Made by a program: the position numbers and the translations under genes. Positions 1-8,679 of a stretch of DNA of 64,000 nucleotides are shown here, piece after piece (the stretch's first letter is position 1; every line of letters starts with the position of its first letter). Source of the stretch: a virus; IMG/VR virus record IMGVR_UViG_3300028581_000013, one strand, 5' to 3'. Under the pieces are notes generated by a model. It ran no database searches and had not been told where the DNA came from. It saw only the letters and a program-made list of their open reading frames with translations.

Positions 1-1997
1 ACACAGTTTTTTTATTAAATTTAAATAATACTTTTGAAGATTGGGTATCTGTAACCAATAATCTTGCAAAAGAAAATAATGATTTGGCAGCAAACAATTA
101 TGTTAAACCTACTGGAACACTTTATTTAAATGATCCAAGTTTAGGTTTACAGGTTGCCAATGTGGCTGTGATTGCTGGCCAATTACAAGTTCAAGGAACA
201 GGTTCTTCTGCTTATATACAAAACAACCTTCGTGTAGACCAACAAGTATATTTTACAAACACAACACTAGGACTAACAAATGCTGGTCCATCAATTTTTA
301 GTGGTTTAATAACAGCAAATAGCACTGGTACTGGATTATTAGTTTCAAATAATGCAACAATCAATGGTTTTGCAAACATCAATAGTGTTATTGCCAATAC
401 AGTAACATCTTCTGTAATTAATGTTAACACTTTAAATAGTGCTTATGTAAATGCTGCATTCTTACATGCAAACACAGGATTTAGTAAAGCTAACGCAGCC
501 AACGTATTAGCACAAGCTGCTTTCAATCATGCTAACGGAAGTTACACTCACGCCAATGCAGCTTTTGATTTAGCAAATACAAAATTTGCAGCTGGTGGTG
601 GTACAGTTGATGGTACTGTATCGATTACTGGTGGTTTAACTGTTGGTGGTAACTTCACAATTAACGGTGTAACAATTACTGATTCCAACACATTTACACT
701 CAGAGCAAATACAGGAACAAATGACGGTCAATCGTCTTATTTGGTGATTAATAGACGTTCTGGTATGAGCCCAGCGTCAATGAATGCTGAAATTCGTTGG
801 AATGATGCAAATTCGTATTGGGACTTACGAGATGTCAATAGTTCTAATACAACAACATATAACCAGATTATTACAACAAAGCATGTAGATAATTCTGTTT
901 TATCAACCAACACATTTAACGTAGCAACATCGTTTGCTGCGAATACCATATTAAGATATGCTCAAGCAAATTACAATGCCACAAATGCAGCCTTTGTACA
1001 TGCAAATGCTTCTTATGATTATGCCAATACTGTTAATAACTATGCTCATGGAGCATATGCGTTTGCAAATACAACAAATGTAACTTTAACATTGTATGTA
1101 GCAAATACAGAAAGATATGCTCAAAGTGCCTATCAGCACGCAAATTCTGGCTTTAATCATGCCAATGCAGCATATCTTACTGCCAATTCAGCACAATCCA
1201 ATACCATTATTATTCAAGGTGTTGATACATGGCAAAACACTAGAATTACAGCTGTAGATACCTATGCTGCTTCTGGTTACTCACAAGCCAATGCAGCTAA
1301 TCAGTATGCACACTCAGCATACTCACAGGCTAACGCAACTAATAATATTACGTTCTCGGCATACACACATGCCAATGCAGCTTTTGTTCATGCTAATGCC
1401 TCATTTGCAGCTGCTAACAACGTATTTCCACAAGTTCAACCGGCATTTGCTCAGGCCAATGCGGCTACAATATTAGCTCAAGCTGCTTTTGAAACAGCAA
1501 ATCTTTCCGTTACGACAAATGCTACACAGAACACAAGATTGACCGTAGTTGAAACATTTTCCACATCTGGTTACGGACAAGCTAACGTTGCTACCACTCT
1601 TGCACAGGCTGCTTTTAATTCAGCTAATTCATCAGCGGCTGCTCTACAAAGTGTTCAATTACGAGCATACAAAGAATATGTAAATACTGCAACAGTTACC
1701 ACATCAACATATGCAATAAATCTAGCAGATTCCAACATTTTCAATTTAACTTTGGGTACCAATACAACACTTTCGTTCACTGGTGCACCGACTTCAGGAA
1801 ACTTGTTCTCTGTTACATTGATATTGACACAAGATGTTACGGGTGGCAGAGTTGTAACCTTGCCAACGGCTAAATACTCGGATGGTATTGCTCCGGCATT
1901 ATCTGTAGGTCCAAATGCAACAGATGTTTTGACCTATTTTACATTTAATGGTGGATCAACGTATTTTGGTGCTTTTGCTATGGCTAACGCCTACTAA
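1..1997 (+). CDS. Tail fibre-like protein (5'-partial)
   Basis: Frame stays open back to base 3 (TVFLLNLNNTFEDWVSVTN), so the start lies before the window rather than at TTG 84. Has an NTFxxW..TN N-terminal motif typical of T4-like fibres, A(F/Y)xxAN coiled-coil repeats and a C-terminal beta-sandwich. Confidence 0.75.
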   Translation, partial: TVFLLNLNNTFEDWVSVTNNLAKENNDLAANNYVKPTGTLYLNDPSLGLQVANVAVIAGQLQVQGTGSSAYIQNNLRVDQQVYFTNTTLGLTNAGPSIFSGLITANSTGTGLLVSNNATINGFANINSVIANTVTSSVINVNTLNSAYVNAAFLHANTGFSKANAANVLAQAAFNHANGSYTHANAAFDLANTKFAAGGGTVDGTVSITGGLTVGGNFTINGVTITDSNTFTLRANTGTNDGQSSYLVINRRSGMSPASMNAEIRWNDANSYWDLRDVNSSNTTTYNQIITTKHVDNSVLSTNTFNVATSFAANTILRYAQANYNATNAAFVHANASYDYANTVNNYAHGAYAFANTTNVTLTLYVANTERYAQSAYQHANSGFNHANAAYLTANSAQSNTIIIQGVDTWQNTRITAVDTYAASGYSQANAANQYAHSAYSQANATNNITFSAYTHANAAFVHANASFAAANNVFPQVQPAFAQANAATILAQAAFETANLSVTTNATQNTRLTVVETFSTSGYGQANVATTLAQAAFNSANSSAAALQSVQLRAYKEYVNTATVTTSTYAINLADSNIFNLTLGTNTTLSFTGAPTSGNLFSVTLILTQDVTGGRVVTLPTAKYSDGIAPALSVGPNATDVLTYFTFNGGSTYFGAFAMANAY

Positions 1998-2114
1998 AAT
2001 ACAAAAAGGTCTGGACGCTCGGAGCCCCAAAATTAATTTTTCGTGATTCCAAGATTCCAAAAAGCAATTTTAGTTTTAGTAGTTTTTTAATTAATTAAAA
2101 GGAGTAATAAAAAA

Positions 2115-2447
2115 ATGTCTTTTGTCAAAATTGATGATATTCATTTGTATGCTGGCTTAACAGCTGACGCAGCTGATTGTTATCGGGTTAAAAAGTGGAT
2201 GGATGACAACAACATCAACTTTGTTCATCTCTTTTATACCGATGAGAACCAATGTCAAGAAGTTATTGATACAGTAAATCTTTGGTTTGTAACTCCAGAC
2301 CAACCAGCTGCTATCACTAAGCTTCCCTTTATTGTTTATTGTGAAGTTGTTGAAGATTTGCCAATTTCACATTACCCAAGAAAAGTTTTAGTTGGATATG
2401 ATGAAATTACTAGCAAGTTAAAAGACCTTTACGCAATAGGCAGGTAA
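2115..2447 (+). CDS. Glutaredoxin/NrdH-fold protein with a single active-site Cys
   Basis: HLY..AADCYRVKKWM..NINF, KLPFIV (cis-Pro motif) and VGYDE match the Grx fold; AAGGAG RBS. Confidence 0.6.
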   Translation: MSFVKIDDIHLYAGLTADAADCYRVKKWMDDNNINFVHLFYTDENQCQEVIDTVNLWFVTPDQPAAITKLPFIVYCEVVEDLPISHYPRKVLVGYDEITSKLKDLYAIGR

Positions 2448-2448
2448 G

Positions 2449-4206
2449 ATGCCTGTTGCCTTTCGCACACTTAAACAAGGTGTAGTAAGTTCTGGTTCAA
2501 GAACTTTCAATAGTCCTGGAAATTTTCAAATCCCTTTAGGCATAACACAAGTTAACCTATCGGGATTTGGTGCGCAAGGTATTCAAGGTGCAAGAGGTAA
2601 TACAGGAACACCGGGTACTATTGGAAATCCAGGAAATGCTGGGAATCCAGGTTCAAATGGCGTTGGTGGTCCAGGTGGTGTTGGCGGTAATGCAGGTGCA
2701 TTAGGTAATCCGGGAACAGCTGGTACAGCAGGAAATCCAGGTACAGCTGGCACTGCAGGTGCTGGTGGTAACGGTGGTGCTGGAGGTCCTGGAGGTTCAA
2801 GAGGAGTTACCTCACTTACAAATCGTGGAGTTTCTTGGTCAAATACTAGTGGATTTGTTGTTCAACCTGTAAATGCTCCTAGGGGACCTAGTGGTAATGC
2901 AGCAAGTGGTAGAGGAGGCACTGGAGGACTTGGAGCAGTACACAGCAGCCTTAGTCCAAGGTCTTATGGTATGACGGCTATTGGATCAGGAAGTGGAAAT
3001 GTTGTATATCCTCAATCAGCAATTGGAACTACAAATTTGGTCAGCAACACTATTTACACCCCTATTATGGGTGGTTATGGTGGTGATGGTGGATCAACTG
3101 GAGGGTCAGGATCACCAGGAAATCCAGGAACTCCAGGAAGTACCGGCACAGCAGGTACACCAGGAAGTGCAATTGTTACCGCAGGTTCTGGCGGTGCAGC
3201 GCCATCAACATGGGTTGGTAAAGACGGTACAGCAGGAAATCCAGGTAATGCAGGTAACTTTGGTTCATCAGGAACACCAGGAAATACTGGCGCAACTGGT
3301 ACACCAGGAAATTTAACATATTTTGACACAGTAAATAATTATACATGGAATGGTGGCGCTGGAGGATTAGGTGGCGCAGGAAGTCCTGGAGGATTAGCAG
3401 GACCAGGAACAGCTGGCGGTGCTGCTGGATTAATTGGAAATCCAGGAAATCAAGGTGCAACAGGAAATTCTGGAAATCCAGGAGCTAATGGCAATGGAGG
3501 TTTAGCTGGCAACGCTGGCGTAGGAAATCCAGGAACGGCTGGAAGTCAAGGTGGTGGAGGCGGTGGTGGCGGTGGTGGTGCAGCCGCTCTATATTGGGGC
3601 GCAGAAAATTCTCAATTTTGTTCGCCTTTAGGAAATAATCCTGGATTTTTTAATCCAGCATCAAGTCAGATGAATCATGTTTCTTGGTTTAATAATGCAA
3701 GATATAATTCAGGAACAGGAAATGCTACTGCTGGTCGTGCTGGTAATTCTAACAATTCTGGTTTTGGATTAGGTGGCGCTTCAGGAACAGCAAACTTTTC
3801 TTTCACACCATATCTCACTAATGATTATACAGGCATGTCACCTGTAGGAAGTCCAGGTGCAACGGGTGGTGCCGGTTCAGTAGGAAATGCTGGTGCAAAT
3901 GGAAATGCAACATCTGGTGGTGCTGGTGGTAACGGAAATGCTGGTTCGGCCGGCAATCCAGGAACTACCGGTGTTACTGGAAATATAGGAACAGGTGCAA
4001 CTTTAGGGGGTTCTGCTTCGCCAGCACCAACAACTTGGGACGGAAAAGATCCAGGACTTGGAGTGTTAGGTTCTACAGGTGATGCAGGTGAAACTAAGTC
4101 TTATAATTCAGTATCAGTAAATCGTAGAGGAATATATCCTATTGGAATAGGCACAGGAACAAATTCAGGATCAGTTACAGTATCTTGGAACAGAACAGTT
4201 AATTAA
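2449..4206 (+). CDS. Collagen-like / Gly-X-Y repeat protein (putative fibre tip)
   Basis: Long G-X-Y runs (GNP, GTA, GTP); about 26 consecutive triplets near the N-terminus. Confidence 0.75.
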   Translation: MPVAFRTLKQGVVSSGSRTFNSPGNFQIPLGITQVNLSGFGAQGIQGARGNTGTPGTIGNPGNAGNPGSNGVGGPGGVGGNAGALGNPGTAGTAGNPGTAGTAGAGGNGGAGGPGGSRGVTSLTNRGVSWSNTSGFVVQPVNAPRGPSGNAASGRGGTGGLGAVHSSLSPRSYGMTAIGSGSGNVVYPQSAIGTTNLVSNTIYTPIMGGYGGDGGSTGGSGSPGNPGTPGSTGTAGTPGSAIVTAGSGGAAPSTWVGKDGTAGNPGNAGNFGSSGTPGNTGATGTPGNLTYFDTVNNYTWNGGAGGLGGAGSPGGLAGPGTAGGAAGLIGNPGNQGATGNSGNPGANGNGGLAGNAGVGNPGTAGSQGGGGGGGGGGAAALYWGAENSQFCSPLGNNPGFFNPASSQMNHVSWFNNARYNSGTGNATAGRAGNSNNSGFGLGGASGTANFSFTPYLTNDYTGMSPVGSPGATGGAGSVGNAGANGNATSGGAGGNGNAGSAGNPGTTGVTGNIGTGATLGGSASPAPTTWDGKDPGLGVLGSTGDAGETKSYNSVSVNRRGIYPIGIGTGTNSGSVTVSWNRTVN

Positions 4207-4228
4207 TTTTTTTTGAAAGTGGATTATT

Positions 4229-4825
4229 ATGTTATATGCGATTGCACCGTCACCAAATTTTGGCATAACAGAACAAGATTTCGTAACTTGGAATGGTGGG
4301 TTTACTGATGAAGAAATATCTAAGATAATAGAACTAGGAGATTCTTTAGAGAAAGAAGATTCTAAGATAGATGCTGGTGAGGTTTCTCCAAAAGATGTGC
4401 GAATAAGTGACATATCTTGGATACACCCCAGTGAAAAGAATGTATGGATATTTAATAAATTATCTTGGATATTAAGGCAGTTGAACGGACAATTTTATCG
4501 ATTTAATATTACTGGATTCAATGAATCTATACAATATACAACATATTATGGTAAACAAGAAGAAGGTGGTCATTATCGGTGGCACGCAGATCACGGACAA
4601 GATGCACCAAGAAAGTTATCAATGGTATTACAGTTGAGTGACCCAAGTGAATATGAGGGCGGTAATTTAGAAATATTGTCTAGTCAAGGAGAAGTATTGA
4701 CTGTAGATAAAAAGAAAGGATTTTTAGCAATGTTTCCTTCTTTTAAAACACACAGAGTAACACCAGTTACTTCAGGAATTAGAAAAAGTTTAGTAGTTTG
4801 GGCTACTGGTCCAGCGTTTGTATAA
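4229..4825 (+). CDS. 2OG-Fe(II) oxygenase, prolyl 4-hydroxylase-like
   Basis: WHAD (HxD), YEGG.L and FPS...HRVTPVTSG.RKSLV.W motifs. Confidence 0.9.
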   Translation: MLYAIAPSPNFGITEQDFVTWNGGFTDEEISKIIELGDSLEKEDSKIDAGEVSPKDVRISDISWIHPSEKNVWIFNKLSWILRQLNGQFYRFNITGFNESIQYTTYYGKQEEGGHYRWHADHGQDAPRKLSMVLQLSDPSEYEGGNLEILSSQGEVLTVDKKKGFLAMFPSFKTHRVTPVTSGIRKSLVVWATGPAFV

Positions 4826-4827
4826 CC

Positions 4828-4834
4828 TAAATAT
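4828..4834 (+). promoter_or_regulatory. Late-promoter variant CTAAATA
   Basis: Resembles the T4-like gp55 -10 element; lies upstream of structural gene 4860. Confidence 0.5.
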
Positions 4835-4859
4835 AATAGTTAACTATAAGTAAAATAAG

Positions 4860-5198
4860 ATGCCGGCAGCCTATTCAAATCTATACATCGAACAAGGTAC
4901 TTCTTTCACTACGACAATCACCGTTGATGATGTCTATGGAGATGTCTTTGATTTGACAAACTATACGGCTCAGAGCCAAATTCGTAAGTCACATTATTCC
5001 GCTAACACCACGGCTACGTTTACTACGAGTGTCAATTCTGGTCAAGGTTCAATTACTCTTAGTTTATCTTCAGCAGTAACGGCAAATATTGCCCCAGGTC
5101 GTTATGTTTATGATACCAAAATTATTGGAACAAATAATGGCCAAATTACAAGAATATTGGAAGGTTCTGTAGATGTTTCTCCATCAGTTACGAGGTAA
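4860..5198 (+). CDS. Virion structural protein (beta-sandwich, BppU-N-like)
   Basis: IEQGTSF...DLTNYTA..QIRK...GRYVYD...RILEG...P.VT pattern common in T4-like phages. Confidence 0.65.
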   Translation: MPAAYSNLYIEQGTSFTTTITVDDVYGDVFDLTNYTAQSQIRKSHYSANTTATFTTSVNSGQGSITLSLSSAVTANIAPGRYVYDTKIIGTNNGQITRILEGSVDVSPSVTR

Positions 5199-5201
5199 AA
5201 A

Positions 5202-5429
5202 ATGCCAGATCAAACCATAGGAACAGTAAGAGTACAAGTAGGTACAACAGTTAATCCAAGAGTTAGCTCGATTAATTATGGCGGTTCAGGTACAATTAAA
5301 GGTGCTACTGATGTTGATGTTAGAGGTGCTGCAGACGGAGAAGTTCTGGTATATAGAGCTGCAACCGATTCGTTTATTGTTGCACCAGTATCGGCCGCTG
5401 TGGCTGGACTAGACGCAGGAACATTCTAA
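5202..5429 (+). CDS. Small fibre-associated protein ending LDAGTF
   Basis: DVD...ADG.VLVY motif and C-terminal DAGTF. Confidence 0.6.
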   Translation: MPDQTIGTVRVQVGTTVNPRVSSINYGGSGTIKGATDVDVRGAADGEVLVYRAATDSFIVAPVSAAVAGLDAGTF

Positions 5430-5666
5430 GTGTCCAATACATCAATACAAATACTTCGGTCGTATGCAAATACGAGACCAACAACTCTCAATGATGGTGA
5501 GTTGGCTTATTCTTTTATAGCCAATACACTTTATATTGGTGATAGGACTGGTCAAATTATTAGAATTGGTGGTCTCACAACCACCGAAAATGCAGCAAAT
5601 ACAATAGTTCTAAGAGATTCAGCAGGTAATATAAATGTAGCTACCGTAGACGGTGGAAATTTCTAA
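5430..5666 (+). CDS. Small fibre protein with Mtd-N/hyaluronidase-N-like head, ending DGGNF
   Basis: IQILRS...L.DGELAY..LYIG; GTG start abuts the previous stop codon. Confidence 0.6.
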   Translation: MSNTSIQILRSYANTRPTTLNDGELAYSFIANTLYIGDRTGQIIRIGGLTTTENAANTIVLRDSAGNINVATVDGGNF

Positions 5667-5705
5667 ATAGTAATAGTGGTTAACGCCTAATAATAAGGAA
5701 AACAA

Positions 5706-7514
5706 ATGGCAAATACAAATATTTTAATCAAACGCTCGTCAAGCACAACCAGACCAAGTTCCCTGGCAGCTGGTGAGTTAGGTTATTCGTATCTATCGAA
5801 TACTCTTTTCTTAGGTACTGCCGCTGGTAACGGTGCCATCAACGTTGGTGGTGTCTATTATACTCAAGCAATCGACAATGCAACTTCGGCTGCAACTCCA
5901 GACACAATCGTTAAACGTGATGCTTCAGGTAATTCAACCTTTACAAACATCACAGTAACAGGATTCATTTCTGGTACAATTGACGGTGTTGCCAATGCTG
6001 CTGTCCGTCTACAGACACCAAGAAGTTTCTCTATTTCTGGTGGCGACATCTCTGCTACCGGCGTTAACTTTGATGGTACAGGTGCAGTTACATTAAATGC
6101 CTCACTTAATGCCATTCCAGGTCTAAGTGCTGGTTCATACGGTTCTTCTACTGCCATTCCAGTTGTTACTGTTGCCGCTAACGGACGTGTTACAGCCATT
6201 TCAACGCAGTCCATTTCCACATCATTTGGTCTTTCTGGTGATTCCGGTACAACTCAAATTGATGGTGGTGAAACACTATATGTGGTTGGTGGTGCTGGCA
6301 TCACATCGGCAATTACAGCCAACACAATTACATTAGATGTTGACACAACTGTTGTTCGTTCCAATACAGCAATCACAAGTCAAACAATTGATGGTTCTGT
6401 AACAATTGCTGGCAATTTAACAGTTCAAGGTATGCATACAACAGTTAATACAGCTACATTGAATGTTGTTGACCCATTAATTATTTTAGCTTCGAACAAT
6501 AGTTCTGATGCGGTTGACATTGGTTTTGCTGGACATTACACGGATGGTAGTAGTGTTGCAAGACATACTGGTTTCTTCCGTGATGCTGGTACAAAAGAAT
6601 ACTATGTATTTGATGGATACACTCCAGAATTAATTGGTAATAGTATCGATGTAGCCAACGCCAGCTTTAACACAGCAAACGTTAATGTTGGATATGTTAA
6701 ATCTACTGGCATTATTAACAATGGTATCAATTTAGATACTCATATTCAAGGTCTATACAACCTTGCCAATACAACATCAACAACAGCAAGTAATGCAAAT
6801 GCTAATACTATCTACACACAAGGCGTAGATGCAACACAAAATACCAACATTACTCATGCTGATACCAAGGCACAAGCTGCTTTCGATAAGGCAAATAATG
6901 CTGTAGTAGCATCAACTGACTTTACGTTTGGTCAGATGGTTGTTGCAGATGGTACAGATTCGTTAAAGAGTCTTGCCAATGCTTCTTATACATTAACTGG
7001 TTCTTTAGCTGCTGCTAAAACAATCACATCACTTTCAGTTGACAATTATGGTCGTGTAACTGCTGCTACTGGTGCTGATATTGCAATTAATGCATCACAG
7101 ATTACTGCTGGCACATTGGGTGTTGAAAGAGGCGGTACAGGCCAAGGTTCATTTACAAATGGTGCAATTCTTGTTGGTAATGGCTCAGGCGCTTTACAAA
7201 CTCTTGCTAACTCAACATACACAGCAACAGGTTCTGGTGCCGCTAACAATACAGTATCTTCGTTAAGTGTTGATGCTTATGGTCGTGTAACAGCTGCAAC
7301 GTTCTCTGCAATCTCTGGTCTAACAATTGGCCAAGGCGGTACAGGTCGTTCAACATTTACTACTAACGGTCTAGTATATGGTAACTCTACTGACGGACTA
7401 TTAGTAACTGCAGCTGCTGGTACTTCTGATCAAACATTTAGTAATCAACTTCTTACTGTTACTAATGCTGGTGTTCCGGTTTGGACAAGTGCTCTTGATG
7501 GAGGCACATTCTAA
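5706..7514 (+). CDS. Tail fibre protein
   Basis: ILIKRS..LAAGELGY head, VD.YGRVTAA repeats, GGTG repeats, ends LDGGTF; AAGGA RBS. Confidence 0.75.
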   Translation: MANTNILIKRSSSTTRPSSLAAGELGYSYLSNTLFLGTAAGNGAINVGGVYYTQAIDNATSAATPDTIVKRDASGNSTFTNITVTGFISGTIDGVANAAVRLQTPRSFSISGGDISATGVNFDGTGAVTLNASLNAIPGLSAGSYGSSTAIPVVTVAANGRVTAISTQSISTSFGLSGDSGTTQIDGGETLYVVGGAGITSAITANTITLDVDTTVVRSNTAITSQTIDGSVTIAGNLTVQGMHTTVNTATLNVVDPLIILASNNSSDAVDIGFAGHYTDGSSVARHTGFFRDAGTKEYYVFDGYTPELIGNSIDVANASFNTANVNVGYVKSTGIINNGINLDTHIQGLYNLANTTSTTASNANANTIYTQGVDATQNTNITHADTKAQAAFDKANNAVVASTDFTFGQMVVADGTDSLKSLANASYTLTGSLAAAKTITSLSVDNYGRVTAATGADIAINASQITAGTLGVERGGTGQGSFTNGAILVGNGSGALQTLANSTYTATGSGAANNTVSSLSVDAYGRVTAATFSAISGLTIGQGGTGRSTFTTNGLVYGNSTDGLLVTAAAGTSDQTFSNQLLTVTNAGVPVWTSALDGGTF

Positions 7515-7552
7515 GTAATACTATATAATTTTTTTATAATAGGGAGTTTGAA

Positions 7553-8158
7553 ATGGGTAATGAAAAGTTTGTTAATTATTATATTGAGGGATTGATTACT
7601 ACATTAAATGATTGTTTGATAAGAAACATTTCATTACAAGCAAATGACAGAATCAGCAAAGAAATAATTGAGGAACACACTAAGAAGGTTGAAGGTTTAG
7701 ATGGTACTATTAATGCTCTTAAAGTAGATTTAGAATCTGCTAAAAAACAGCAAAATGATTCTGATAATCAACGTTATCAAAATTTAGAAAATAGTATCAA
7801 AGACCATGTAAACACAATCAACACATTGAATCAGGAGATTTCTCAGTTAAAAACAATGAAAGCTGAATATGAAAATGTTAAACATCAAGTACAACATGTA
7901 GACACTTTCAGAACCGAGTTAAACAAAACACGGGAAGAATTAAATAATGTTCGTGTTGATAATGAAAAAATTATTGCTGATTTAACTAGTTCGTATGAAT
8001 TAAAAATTAAAGAACTAAATGATAAGATTGACTATTTACAATTAACTCCTGCTAAAAGAAAAAAAGTTGAGGAAGTAAAAAAAGAAGTTACTGAAACACC
8101 AACATTGGATGTTTTTAGTAATTCGGAAGATACACTCAAAGATGGCGGAAGTTTTTAA
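7553..8158 (+). CDS. Coiled-coil protein ending DGGSF
   Basis: Charged heptad-rich sequence; GGGAG RBS. Confidence 0.65.
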   Translation: MGNEKFVNYYIEGLITTLNDCLIRNISLQANDRISKEIIEEHTKKVEGLDGTINALKVDLESAKKQQNDSDNQRYQNLENSIKDHVNTINTLNQEISQLKTMKAEYENVKHQVQHVDTFRTELNKTREELNNVRVDNEKIIADLTSSYELKIKELNDKIDYLQLTPAKRKKVEEVKKEVTETPTLDVFSNSEDTLKDGGSF

Positions 8159-8163
8159 GGTAA

Positions 8164-8655
8164 ATGGCAAACACAACAGTACAGTTAAAGAAATCAGGTG
8201 TAACAGGTAACGTACCACCTTCACTATCGTATGGTGAGTTGGCGTTAAACTACGCTGATGGAAAACTGTTCTATAAAGCCTCAAATGGTTCAATCGCTAG
8301 TATTTCTACTAGCCCAGCAACCGATTCTTTTGCTACAATCAATGCTAATTCTTCTCTGATATTAGCAACTTCTCCGTATGATACACTATCAATTCTTCCT
8401 GGTAATAATATTACCATATCTACGGACACATTTAATAAAAGAATCACAATTAATTCTACAGCAAGCGGCGGTGGCGATTCAACCGATCAATTTGCCAGAG
8501 ATAAAGCCAATTCAGCCAATGTTTTGGCTCAAGCGGCTTTTGATCAAGCAAACACGGGAGCAGGAACTTATACGATAACCGGTGGTCAATATATAGACCA
8601 CGGTTGGATACCCCAAACACCGGGTCCAATATTATTCGATTACGGAACACTATAA
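8164..8655 (+). CDS. Fibre-associated protein
   Basis: VQLKKS..LSYGELALN.ADGKLFYK head; ends FDYGTL. Confidence 0.65.
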   Translation: MANTTVQLKKSGVTGNVPPSLSYGELALNYADGKLFYKASNGSIASISTSPATDSFATINANSSLILATSPYDTLSILPGNNITISTDTFNKRITINSTASGGGDSTDQFARDKANSANVLAQAAFDQANTGAGTYTITGGQYIDHGWIPQTPGPILFDYGTL

Positions 8656-8658
8656 ATA
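8651..8658 (+). promoter_or_regulatory. T4-type late promoter TATAAATA
   Basis: Exact consensus upstream of gene 8680. Confidence 0.65.
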
Positions 8659-8679
8659 TACATATAAGTTGGAAAAAAT

